Origin: a virus
Lineage: Duplodnaviria > Caudoviricetes
IMG/VR virus record: IMGVR_UViG_3300007619_000003
Span: 1 to 53,241 of that record
Length of the DNA: 53,241 nucleotides
Reading direction: 5' to 3' (one strand)
Below, piece by piece: positions 34,525-43,418 of this stretch. The notes below the pieces were generated by a model that saw nothing but the letters and a program-made list of their open reading frames with translations, did not search any database and was not told where the DNA came from. Position 1 is the first letter of the stretch, and the number at the start of each line of letters is the position of its first letter. The position numbers and the translations under genes are program-made.

Positions 34525-37500
34525 GTGGCGAAGCGGCGAAGACGACGCAAGCGGTATAACGACGGCCAGCAGCTGAGGGGCGTCGAGGCGGTGCAGCCGG
34601 CGCACGGCATTCTCAGGGGCCGCTACTTCCCGAACGTCCCGCGGGAAGAGGCGTACCGCCCGCACTTCGGCCGGTCGCTCACTCTCCAGACGATCGACGC
34701 GGCCATCCGGTCGCTCGAGGTGGGACTGATGCGCCGGTTCACCGACATCGCGACGGAGTCGCTACGGCTCGACCTCCACGCGTCGGCTCTTTGGCAGAAA
34801 CGTCTCAACCGGCTCGGCGCGCTCGACTGGCGCGTGAAGCCGGCGAGCGGCGATGGGGTCGAAAAGCAGCGGGCAGAGGACTACGCAGGCTTTGTGCGCC
34901 AACAGCTCGAGCAGATGCCGAGCTTCCGTCAGGTGTTACTCGACGCCAACCAGGCGACGTTTCACGGGCGCTCCGCCGGCGAGCTCGAGTGGGAGCTCGT
35001 CCGATCCCGCTGGCGCGTCTGCGACGTCCACTGGATTCACGCACGACGTCTCTCGTTCGGGCCGAACCGCGACCTGCGCATTATCGACCTCAACCGCGAG
35101 GTCGCCGACTTTCGGGACGAGGGCTTCGCCCTCGAGACGATCCCGTACAAGTTCCTACCGTACAAGCCGCGCATCTTCGGCGAGTACCCCGAGCGCGAAG
35201 GGCTCGCTCTCCGCTCGACGTTCTGGTCGTTCTTCGGTCGGGTCATGGAGCGGGAGCGGCTCCATCTCATCGAGATCTTCGGCAAGCCCTGGCGCGTCGG
35301 GATCGTCAAGGACTCGGCGAAGAACGGCACGACCATCAACCAGGACCAGATCGACGACGCGTTCGATTCGCTCAACCGACTCGGGGGACACTCTACCGCC
35401 GTCCTGCCCCTCGACATGGATCTGCTGATCGCTCAGCCGCAGCGGGGCGCGGGAGAGATTCACGAGCAGGCGATCGACCATGTCGAGAAAGCTCAGTCGA
35501 AGCTCTTCCTCGGCGGTACCGCGACGACGGACGCCGTCTCGACCGGACTCGGATCGACCATCGGGGACGCGCACACGAACGAAGAAGATCTCATCATCGC
35601 GAGCGACGCCTGGCGGCTCTCCGAGGTCATCGAGCGGTTCCTGACGGACGCGATCATCGTCGTCAACTTCGGCCCGGAAGCTATCACTCACGCTCCCGAG
35701 TTCGAGGTCGTTACCGAGCCGCCACTCGACCGCGCCGCGGAAGCCGAGCTGATCGACAAGACGCTCTCGGTCGGAGTGGATATCGCGCTTTCCGAAGCGC
35801 GCGAGCGGCTCGGCGTACGCGAGATCGACCCGGACGAGCCGTATCTCCGGAAGGCACCGCGCAACCTGAATGGCCAGGTCCCCGCCTACCTACCCCAAGC
35901 CGAGGTGATCTACCCAAGCGGGCTCCCGGACGCCGGTAGGATCCGAGACGTCCCGGAAGTCCCGGGCGCGTTCCCGATCGGCGAGCGCCCGCTCCCGCCT
36001 GAAGACCCGCTCGCTAGCGGCTTCGGCGATGGCCCCCCCCGGCTACCCCCGGCGCCGGACAACCCGGCCCTACCACCCGTCGGAGAGACGGTAACCGCCA
36101 GCGAGGACGAGCTCGGCGACGCGGACATCGAAGCGCTCGCCGCGCAGATGACGGAGCACCGCGTTCAGAAGTGCGCTCACGGCCACAAGAACCGCTGCTG
36201 GAAGTGCGGCGTCGAGCGGGTCCGCGGTCTCGAGCTCGACGACGACGGGACGCCGCTGACCGACGCCGACGGCGAGCACGTCTGGCAGGTAGCCTGGCGA
36301 CCTATCAAGAAAGTGGCGAGCGCGCGCCGACTCGCGTCGACCGCGCCCGGCTCCGATGGAGGGCTACACGCGCACCGGCTCGACCGGGCGGAAGAGAGTA
36401 CGGCTCTCGACGGGCCGCACGCGCACGCGTACCGGCTCCCCGGGGGGCAGGTCGTTTACACGGAGATCGGCGGAGCGCATGAACATGAGATCGACCGGCA
36501 CGGCGACTTCGTCTGGGGCGGCCGGCACGCCCACTGGCTGACGCTCCCGAGCGGGGACCGGCTCCGGACGGAAGTCGACGGGGACCACTCCCACGACCTC
36601 CTGGTCGACGAGACCGCCCCTGGTGGCATGCACTGCCATGCGCTCGTTCTCCCCGACGGCGCGACGGTCGAGAGTCTACGCGTCCGGGATGCGGTCGACG
36701 ATGGACTCGGGCTCCGGGCGACGGCGACGGCGGTCGAGCGCTACGGCGGGACGGTCTGTCTCGCGGAGCAGCCCTCGACCGTCTTCGGCTCCCCTGATGA
36801 CCTGATGAAGCGCGGCGTCCCGGACGTCGCGAAGGCGATGGGCTCGTTCGCGGCGCGCATCGCGAACGCCGTCGACGGGAAGAAGACGCCCCGGGCGATC
36901 CGTTCGGCGCTCGCCGGTATCCGGAACCCGGAGCGGGGCGCGGTCCGCGAAGCGCTCCGCCGCGAGCTTCTAACCGGGCTGATGCTCGGCGCGCTCGACT
37001 CCGCGTTCGAGGGGGACGAAGAAGTCGAGATCGAAGTCGAGACGTTTAGCGCGCTTCAGGCGGAGGTCCGGCGGCTCCTGACGTCGCGGAAGCTACTCGT
37101 CGATACCGATCCGAAGTTCGTCGAGCACCCGATGGCGGAGGCGATTCGCGTCTTCGAGAGCCGCGAGGTCGTCACGCCGGAGGTCTTTCGGGAGCTGAAC
37201 TCCGTCGCTCGCCAGCGGGCGTTTACCATCGCCGGTCTCGCCGACGAAGAGCTGCTCGCCACCGCCCGGGCGGAGCTGAGCCGCCGTATCAAGGAGGGCG
37301 CTGACCTCGCGAACTTCCGGGATTTCGTCGCGGAGCGGCTCGAGGGCGCGGGCTGGACGCCGACGAACGCGTCGCACGTCGAGACGATCTTCCGGAACAA
37401 CGTCCAGGCAGCCTACTCGGGCGGGCGGTGGCGTCAGATGAGCCAGCCCGACGTCGCCGACGCGCGCCCGTACCTCCAGGTGCTCACGCCCAACGACGGC

Positions 37501-37728
37501 CCGCCCCGCCAGCGCCCGAACCATCAGGCGACTCACGGGAAGATCTTCCGCGTCGATGACCCCGCTTTTCCCGCCGCTCTCCCGCCCTGGGACCACAACT
37601 GTCGGTGCCGTATCCGCTCGCTTTCGAAGCGACAACTCGCAGGGCGACGAGCGACGAACGGGTCGTGGCTCTCGTCTCAGGGGCTACCCGCTCCGGGCTT
37701 CGGAGGGGGCGCGGCGGGCTTCGCTTGA
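34525..37728 (+). CDS. Mu gp29/DUF935-like portal protein fused to a Mu gpF-like head morphogenesis domain
   Basis: Portal motifs D.H..A..QKR, A.FHGRSAGELEW, EIFGKPWRVG, SKLFLGGT; C-terminal RAFTIAG, ETIFRNNVQAAYSGGRW, RPNH, PPWDHNCRC. Confidence 0.88.
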   Translation: MAKRRRRRKRYNDGQQLRGVEAVQPAHGILRGRYFPNVPREEAYRPHFGRSLTLQTIDAAIRSLEVGLMRRFTDIATESLRLDLHASALWQKRLNRLGALDWRVKPASGDGVEKQRAEDYAGFVRQQLEQMPSFRQVLLDANQATFHGRSAGELEWELVRSRWRVCDVHWIHARRLSFGPNRDLRIIDLNREVADFRDEGFALETIPYKFLPYKPRIFGEYPEREGLALRSTFWSFFGRVMERERLHLIEIFGKPWRVGIVKDSAKNGTTINQDQIDDAFDSLNRLGGHSTAVLPLDMDLLIAQPQRGAGEIHEQAIDHVEKAQSKLFLGGTATTDAVSTGLGSTIGDAHTNEEDLIIASDAWRLSEVIERFLTDAIIVVNFGPEAITHAPEFEVVTEPPLDRAAEAELIDKTLSVGVDIALSEARERLGVREIDPDEPYLRKAPRNLNGQVPAYLPQAEVIYPSGLPDAGRIRDVPEVPGAFPIGERPLPPEDPLASGFGDGPPRLPPAPDNPALPPVGETVTASEDELGDADIEALAAQMTEHRVQKCAHGHKNRCWKCGVERVRGLELDDDGTPLTDADGEHVWQVAWRPIKKVASARRLASTAPGSDGGLHAHRLDRAEESTALDGPHAHAYRLPGGQVVYTEIGGAHEHEIDRHGDFVWGGRHAHWLTLPSGDRLRTEVDGDHSHDLLVDETAPGGMHCHALVLPDGATVESLRVRDAVDDGLGLRATATAVERYGGTVCLAEQPSTVFGSPDDLMKRGVPDVAKAMGSFAARIANAVDGKKTPRAIRSALAGIRNPERGAVREALRRELLTGLMLGALDSAFEGDEEVEIEVETFSALQAEVRRLLTSRKLLVDTDPKFVEHPMAEAIRVFESREVVTPEVFRELNSVARQRAFTIAGLADEELLATARAELSRRIKEGADLANFRDFVAERLEGAGWTPTNASHVETIFRNNVQAAYSGGRWRQMSQPDVADARPYLQVLTPNDGPPRQRPNHQATHGKIFRVDDPAFPAALPPWDHNCRCRIRSLSKRQLAGRRATNGSWLSSQGLPAPGFGGGAAGFA

Positions 37729-37780
37729 GTCTACGGCGCCGGCGAGTTCGTTGAGCGGAACGCTTCCGGGCGTTACCCTT
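37726..37780 (+). promoter_or_regulatory. Late promoter copy 1: TGAGTCTACGGCgCCGGCGAGTTCg-TTGAGC-N17-TACCCT
   Basis: 28/30 identity to 44420-44449 plus the same -35/-10 geometry. Confidence 0.75.
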
Positions 37781-37787
37781 GACGAAG

Positions 37788-39281
37788 ATGCGGCGCGCGC
37801 TCGACCAGAGTAGCTACTTCCCGAGGCTCTTCTCCGAGCCCTGTCGGTTCGTCGAGGACGACGGCTCGACCGGCGGCGCGACGCCGCAGATGAAGTGGAT
37901 CCAGGTCGCCCGCGAGGGGCGATACGACGGGCACTGGCAGGGCTCGTTCGACCTGACCCGCGAAGTCTTCGCGAGCTTCGTCAAGAATCTCCACGCTCAT
38001 CCGCAGTTCCGACTCGGCGACGTCGAGGTCGACGGCAAGACGATCCGCGCCGGGTCGAGCCCGACGATCCCGTTCGATTACGAGCACTCGAGCGAGATGA
38101 ACGCGACCGAGGGTTCGATCCCCCAGAGCGGCGCTCCCGCTCCCGCCTGGGTGTACGACGTCCAGATGCGCGACGGTCCCGCCGGCGCCGAGCTCTGGGC
38201 GCTCGCGTGGCTCGGCGATCAGATTCGCCGACAGATCAGCGCACGCGAGTACCGGCAGACCTCGATCGCTTTCGATATGGAGAGCGTCGACTTCAAGTCG
38301 GGGGAGCCCGCGGGACCAGCGCTCACATCCATCGCGTTTACGAACCACCCCTTCCTCCGCCACCTGGAGAGCTACGCCGCGGCGAACCGCAACGGTAGCG
38401 AGCCGGGGCGCGGTATGTCAGAGCAACGGGCGTCGGAGACGTTCGACGACCCACACCCACGGAGAACCGCCATGACCGTTACCGCCAACGACGACAAGAA
38501 GAGCCAGGAGCAGTTCCGGACGAACCTCTGCGCGAAGCTCGGCATCCGCCGGCTCGCCGACGACGACGCGATCGAAGAGGCGGCGGGAGAAGCCGCCGGC
38601 GGGCAGGGCGACCTCGACAAGGTTCTCAAGGCTCTCGGCGTCGACGACACCGGCGCGGCGATGGAGGTCATCCCGAAGCTCCGCGACGGGCTCGCCCGAC
38701 TCCAAGCCGCCGAAGCGGAGCTCCAGGAGATGCTCGGCGCGACGTCCGCTCAGGACGAGATGATGAGCGCAGCCGACATCGGCGCCGCCCTGAAGGCCCT
38801 GAAGAAAGAGGGCGACAAGGCCCTCGAGAAGGCCCTGAGCGCCTTCCGCTCCCAGTGTCTGCGCGACGCGGAAGCCGCCGCGACAAAGACGTTCAAGCTA
38901 ACGGCGGGCAACGAGAAGGCCGACCGGCTTCCGTACAAGAAACTTATGGAAGCGCGCGCCGAGGGCCGGAAGGCGTTCCTGCAGGAGTACGGGCTCCGTG
39001 AGGACGTCGACACGACCCACCTGACGCGCACCTACGCGGCGAGCTCCGGCGGCCAGCAACACCGCCCGCCGGCTCTCGACGTCCGCGACGACGCGACAAG
39101 CGGGAGCGGCGACGGCGACCGTCAGACCGTTCACCTGTCGTCGCTGACCGGCGACAACCCGACGGACAAGATCGTCAAGTATCTCCGGGCGAAAGACCCG
39201 GAGTTCAAGAAGCTCTCCCACCGGGAGCAGATTCGGCGCGCCGTCGAGTTCATGCAGAAGAACGAGGTCATCGCCGCGTAG
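37788..39281 (+). CDS. Mu gpI-like prohead protease/scaffold
   Basis: WIQVA, IPFDYEH, APAPAWV, EYRQTS, SIAFTNHPFL; helical scaffold C-terminus. Confidence 0.85.
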   Translation: MRRALDQSSYFPRLFSEPCRFVEDDGSTGGATPQMKWIQVAREGRYDGHWQGSFDLTREVFASFVKNLHAHPQFRLGDVEVDGKTIRAGSSPTIPFDYEHSSEMNATEGSIPQSGAPAPAWVYDVQMRDGPAGAELWALAWLGDQIRRQISAREYRQTSIAFDMESVDFKSGEPAGPALTSIAFTNHPFLRHLESYAAANRNGSEPGRGMSEQRASETFDDPHPRRTAMTVTANDDKKSQEQFRTNLCAKLGIRRLADDDAIEEAAGEAAGGQGDLDKVLKALGVDDTGAAMEVIPKLRDGLARLQAAEAELQEMLGATSAQDEMMSAADIGAALKALKKEGDKALEKALSAFRSQCLRDAEAAATKTFKLTAGNEKADRLPYKKLMEARAEGRKAFLQEYGLREDVDTTHLTRTYAASSGGQQHRPPALDVRDDATSGSGDGDRQTVHLSSLTGDNPTDKIVKYLRAKDPEFKKLSHREQIRRAVEFMQKNEVIAA

Positions 39282-39332
39282 CGGAACCGCGAGCTCCGAA
39301 GCGCGCGAATCTCTCGAAGGAAGGAAGAATCC

Positions 39333-39734
39333 ATGCCAGCTCTCACCCGACAGGTCCCCGACGGCGCCATCGCCCCGGGCTTCAACGACGAGGTGTCGAC
39401 CGCGATCGCGGCCAAGCGACTCGTCATTCACGATGCGGCGGCTGGCCAGGACGGCGTGGCCGTCGCGACGACCACGTCGGCCCCGTTCGTCGGCGTGACG
39501 ATGGCAGCGATCGCAGCGGGGACACGGGGCGACGTTCAAGTCCGCGGTGAGGCGATTCTCACCGCGGGCTCCGGCGGCGTCACCATCGGGGCGAAAGTCA
39601 CTGGGGCCGCCGCGGGCAAGGGGATCATCACGACGACCAACAACCATCACGTCGCGGGCGAAGCTCTGACCGCTGCCGCCGAGGACGAGGAATTCATCAT
39701 CCGCCTGACCCCGGGCGCTCAGCACGGCGCGTAA
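39333..39734 (+). CDS. DUF2190-like capsid decoration/cement protein
   Basis: Ala/Gly-rich, FVGV...GDVQVRG...IGAKV...GEAL; between protease and MCP; strong RBS. Confidence 0.75.
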   Translation: MPALTRQVPDGAIAPGFNDEVSTAIAAKRLVIHDAAAGQDGVAVATTTSAPFVGVTMAAIAAGTRGDVQVRGEAILTAGSGGVTIGAKVTGAAAGKGIITTTNNHHVAGEALTAAAEDEEFIIRLTPGAQHGA

Positions 39735-39790
39735 GCGTCTCACCCATTCGAGCCCTCTCGGTCCCTACCCACATCCAAGGAAAACCCGCC

Positions 39791-40840
39791 ATGTATCTGA
39801 CGGCCCAACTCATCGAAGATTCGCCTGCGGGCAAGGCGGGTCAGCGCGTCCAGTTCGCTCTCAACCCGAGCGACGTCCACATCGCCCACGAGATCGACAC
39901 CTTTCTCGCGGGCTTCTCGCCGCAGGGGTATCGGGCCGACGAAGCCTGCCCAGTGACGCTCGTCGACAAGGAGACGGACCGCTTCCGAACCTTCGGATCA
40001 AACAACGTTTTCCAGCAGGTCGAGGTCCGGACGTCGCGACAGGCGTCCATCCGTGAAGTCGACATCGAGACGAGCACCAGCCTGTACCTGGTCGAAGAGC
40101 GAGCGCTCGGGGCGTTCGTTCCGCGAGTCACGCAGGATCAGGCGACGTTCGACGTCAAGATGGGTCACTCGACCCGGATTCTCGAGGCGCTCGGTCTCGA
40201 CCGCGAGATCCGGATCTTCGGTACCGGCGGGCTCTACACGACGACCGCCAACTGGAACGCGAACAACGTCGTGGCTCTGACGGGCGGCGGCGCCCAGTGG
40301 GACGACCCAGAGAACGCGGACCCGATTCTCGACATTCAGGAGCGGATCGAAGCGTCGGCCCAGCCCATCACGGGCACCTACCTGAACCCGATGGTGGCGC
40401 ACCGCTTCCTCGCGGCTGACCGCGTTCGCTCGCACATGCGCCAGATGCTCGGCGACAACGCTCCGAACGCAGACGTCATCGGCGCGTCAGGCGTCCAGAG
40501 CGCCGTCGACTTTGTGATCCCCGGGCTTCCGCCCTTTCACGTCGTCGCGGGCAAGGTACTGAACGAAACGACCGGCGCTCTCGACTACATCCTGGGCGAC
40601 TCCGTCATCGGCGTCTCGTTCCCGACGAACGGGCAGCCCACGGACGGGAAGAGCACCATGACCGCGATCACTTTCCGGGAGCGCGGCCTCTCTGGGAACG
40701 GCTTCACTACCCGGGAGTTTGAGGTCAATTCGCGCGGCCTTCAGGGGGGGACGATGATGGTGTCCGGCCACGCCGAGGACGAGCAGATGATCGCGAATAA
40801 TTGCGGCTTTCTGCTCAACGACGTACTGCTCGACGCCTAG
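39791..40840 (+). CDS. Major capsid protein
   Basis: 349 aa; AAGGA RBS; ADEACPV, LDREIRI, WDD...DPILDI, ending GFLLNDVL, typical of HK97-fold capsid E-like proteins. Confidence 0.82.
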   Translation: MYLTAQLIEDSPAGKAGQRVQFALNPSDVHIAHEIDTFLAGFSPQGYRADEACPVTLVDKETDRFRTFGSNNVFQQVEVRTSRQASIREVDIETSTSLYLVEERALGAFVPRVTQDQATFDVKMGHSTRILEALGLDREIRIFGTGGLYTTTANWNANNVVALTGGGAQWDDPENADPILDIQERIEASAQPITGTYLNPMVAHRFLAADRVRSHMRQMLGDNAPNADVIGASGVQSAVDFVIPGLPPFHVVAGKVLNETTGALDYILGDSVIGVSFPTNGQPTDGKSTMTAITFRERGLSGNGFTTREFEVNSRGLQGGTMMVSGHAEDEQMIANNCGFLLNDVLLDA

Positions 40841-40924
40841 CGCTTCTCCTGCGAGAAGGACCCGGACGCGGCCGCCTCTCTCCTGGGGCTGGTCGCGTCC
40901 GCCTTTTCCAGCTACCCTCACCGC

Positions 40925-41608
40925 ATGGCGAGAGCGGCGAAGCGAGCGAGCGGGAAGAGCGGCGGCGGGAAAAGCGGCGGCGCGAAGAGCGGCGGCGCGA
41001 AGGGCGCCCGCGTCTCCGCGAAGGAGATGGCGGCGCGGGCCGCGCTCGAGAATACCGGCGGCGAAGACCCGAACGAGATCGCGAGAGTCGAGGCCGCTCT
41101 GACGGCGCCGCTACCTGAGCCGGAGGAGCTCCCCATCGACGAGGAGAACGCGGTCCTCGTGGGTCCCACCGAAGTCGACGTCGCGGCTCCCCCCGATATC
41201 CCGGACGCACCCGAAGCGAGCTCGCTCCCGCCGCCGCCGCCCGTCGCTCCCGCGCCGCCCGTCCTTCGTCATCAGCTATCGGTAGTCTATCGTCCGGACG
41301 CGAAGCGCCACATGTCGAAGATGGGTCTGGTCAGCACCCAGAACTGGATCGGTCGCTGCAAGGGGCACCGGGTCTCGGTTCGGTACGGGGCGCCGCTCTC
41401 GACCATCCCGCACTGCGTCCGGGAGATGCTCGCGGACGCGGGCATCCGCTTCGGCTATGCGCCTCCCCCCCCCGGCCAGGGCGCGGAGACGGTTCGCGAA
41501 CCGCCGCGAGCTCGCCGCGCGGATCGGAACCCCGACAAGGGCGGGGACAAGCAGCGCCCGTTCCGCTCCGTGCGCGGTCTTCAGTCGGCGCTCCGGTCGC
41601 GACCCTGA
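40925..41608 (+). CDS. Hypothetical protein with KSGG repeats and a Pro/acidic linker
   Basis: 227 aa after the MCP; TACCCT 6 nt upstream of the ATG. Confidence 0.65.
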   Translation: MARAAKRASGKSGGGKSGGAKSGGAKGARVSAKEMAARAALENTGGEDPNEIARVEAALTAPLPEPEELPIDEENAVLVGPTEVDVAAPPDIPDAPEASSLPPPPPVAPAPPVLRHQLSVVYRPDAKRHMSKMGLVSTQNWIGRCKGHRVSVRYGAPLSTIPHCVREMLADAGIRFGYAPPPPGQGAETVREPPRARRADRNPDKGGDKQRPFRSVRGLQSALRSRP

Positions 41609-41612
41609 CGCC

Positions 41613-41960
41613 ATGCGCCGCCGCGTCCACGTCCTCTGCGCCCTGAACGTGGCGCTCGCGATCGTCGCCTGCGGCGCAGCGGTCCCGGAGTCAGTGACGG
41701 CGAAGACCGCCCTGCGCGCCGTCGACGATAGCGTCGAGTTCGCGTGCCGCGGGCTCGCCCAGCAGCTCGCGAAGAAGGGCGGAGCGGAAGCCGACAAGGT
41801 CATCGCCGCGACCTGCGCCGTCGAGGGCTTCACCCGGTCGCTCCGGGAGATGCTACTGAGCCAACAGATCGAGGCGGCGAAGGCGGCGGGCGTCGCCGTC
41901 CCTGACATCAACAGCGGAGCGCTCGAAGACGACGCCGGCGTCGCGCTGCCAGCGGAGTAG
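41613..41960 (+). CDS. Lipoprotein
   Basis: MRRRVHVLCALNVALAIVA-C lipobox; helical body. Confidence 0.65.
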   Translation: MRRRVHVLCALNVALAIVACGAAVPESVTAKTALRAVDDSVEFACRGLAQQLAKKGGAEADKVIAATCAVEGFTRSLREMLLSQQIEAAKAAGVAVPDINSGALEDDAGVALPAE

Positions 41961-41964
41961 GCCC

Positions 41965-42462
41965 GTGGCACTGTTCACTACTCGACAAGAGCTCGAAGAC
42001 AAGATGGGCGCGCAGCGCGTCCTCGACTTGTTCGACGACGACCGGGACGGGACTCTCGGCCAGGGCGACCTGGCGCGCCTCGAGGAGACGATCTCGGAAG
42101 CTGAAGATACGACGACCGGGATACTCATTCACAAGGGGTGGGAGCAGAGCGAGTTGAAGGGTCTAGCGCGCGACCGATCGCTCCGGCGGGCGACCACTCA
42201 GATCGTCATGCAGCTCGCCGGCGAGCGTCGCCCGGAGTTCAACGACGCAGAGGGGCGGTCGCTGTACGACTTCCAGGGAGAGCGCGGACGCAAGACGCTC
42301 AAGGAGTTCGCAAAGGGCGTGCAGCGCTCCCGCCTCGAAGCCGTCCATGGGAAGAACGACTCGCTCCGCGGACGCGTCAGCCAGTCGACGCCGGTCTCGA
42401 TGTTCGGGCGGGACCCGAGCGATACGGAAGAAAGCTACGCGGGACGCGACGGCGGGTTCTGA
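41965..42462 (+). CDS. Mu gp36/DUF1320-like head-tail adaptor
   Basis: FTTRQELE..G...LFDDDRDG...I.EAE pattern; position after the MCP. Confidence 0.75.
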   Translation: MALFTTRQELEDKMGAQRVLDLFDDDRDGTLGQGDLARLEETISEAEDTTTGILIHKGWEQSELKGLARDRSLRRATTQIVMQLAGERRPEFNDAEGRSLYDFQGERGRKTLKEFAKGVQRSRLEAVHGKNDSLRGRVSQSTPVSMFGRDPSDTEESYAGRDGGF

Positions 42463-42588
42463 ATGCCGACCGGCAAGCAGCTCAGCGTCGCGGGGATCGC
42501 GTGCGCGGTCGTCGGTGGCGGCATCGGCATCGGTCTTTGGGAACTCTTAGGCTGGCTCGCCTCTCACGTCTCGGTAGGGTGGCAGTAA
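42463..42588 (+). CDS. 41-aa membrane micro-protein
   Basis: MPTGKQLSVAGIACAVVGGGIGIGLWELLGWLASHVSVGWQ; ATG directly after the upstream stop. Confidence 0.5.
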   Translation: MPTGKQLSVAGIACAVVGGGIGIGLWELLGWLASHVSVGWQ

Positions 42589-42612
42589 ACCGGAAAACCA
42601 GGAGAGAGATTA

Positions 42613-42792
42613 ATGCCTGAGACGAAGACTTACGTGGGAGCGAAAATCATCCGAGCGTACCGGGAGCCGAAGGACGGTCGCGAGGGTTACCACGTCATCT
42701 ATCCCGACGGTTACGAGTCGTGGTCTCCGAAGGAGACGTTCGAGGCCGCCTACCGCGAAGTGACGCCGGCCGAAGCCCAGCTCGTTCCATGA
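42613..42792 (+). CDS. 59-aa conserved phage domain (YxGxKxIxA...EGYxVxYxDGYxSWSPKxxFExAY)
   Basis: AGGAG RBS; motif recognised; missed by the ORF track (<60 aa). Confidence 0.8.
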   Translation: MPETKTYVGAKIIRAYREPKDGREGYHVIYPDGYESWSPKETFEAAYREVTPAEAQLVP

Positions 42793-42989
42793 CCTCGCGC
42801 CGCGTCACCGGCGCCCGCGAAGCGTCGAGCGCGGCAGCGGAACTCCGCCGGCGAGCTCGCGACAAGTGGGCGATGGCCGAGCGGACGCGGGACCCACGGG
42901 CGCAGGCGCAGCTTCGGCGCGAAGCCGACGCGCTCGAGACGAGCGCCCGGGCCCTGGAGTCTTCGCCACCCTCTCGCTACCTCCTGTGA
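42789..42989 (+). CDS. Hypothetical helical protein
   Basis: ATGA coupling; 66 aa. Confidence 0.45.
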   Translation: MTSRRVTGAREASSAAAELRRRARDKWAMAERTRDPRAQAQLRREADALETSARALESSPPSRYLL

Positions 42990-42992
42990 GCG

Positions 42993-43418
42993 ATGGCGGA
43001 GACGGTCGAGATCGACTTTTCGGCGATGATGGGCGCCGTCCAGGGGCTCTCTCGCCAGCTCTCGGACGCCCACCGGACGCTACCCGTCATCGCCGAAGCG
43101 CTCGTCTCGAGCGTCCAGGACGTGTTCGAGCACGAGGGGCAAGTGGGGGGGAAGCCGCGCTGGAAAGAACTCAAGCGGAAGCGAAAGCGGAACCGCGGCG
43201 GCGGTCAGAAGATTCTTCAGGACACGGGCATTCTCGCCGGATCTATCGCGCCGGCGAGCTCTGACCGCTGGGTCGCCGCCTACACCGGAGTAGCGTACGC
43301 GAAGTATCACGTCTCCAAAGAGCGCCGGAAGGTCATCCCGCTCCGCGACTTCTTCGACATCGACCGCGCCGAGTTCTATGCTGAGGCAGCCGACTTTCTC
43401 CTGAGCAAGTTCCGCTAG
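42993..43418 (+). CDS. Mu gpG-like virion morphogenesis (tail completion) protein
   Basis: FEHEG...WKELK...ILQDTGILAGSI...YAKYH...IPLRDF. Confidence 0.85.
   Translation: MAETVEIDFSAMMGAVQGLSRQLSDAHRTLPVIAEALVSSVQDVFEHEGQVGGKPRWKELKRKRKRNRGGGQKILQDTGILAGSIAPASSDRWVAAYTGVAYAKYHVSKERRKVIPLRDFFDIDRAEFYAEAADFLLSKFR

Noticed and set aside
35900-36800. Intein in the oversized portal
   Set aside because: No Hint-domain splice motifs or LAGLIDADG blocks are recognisable
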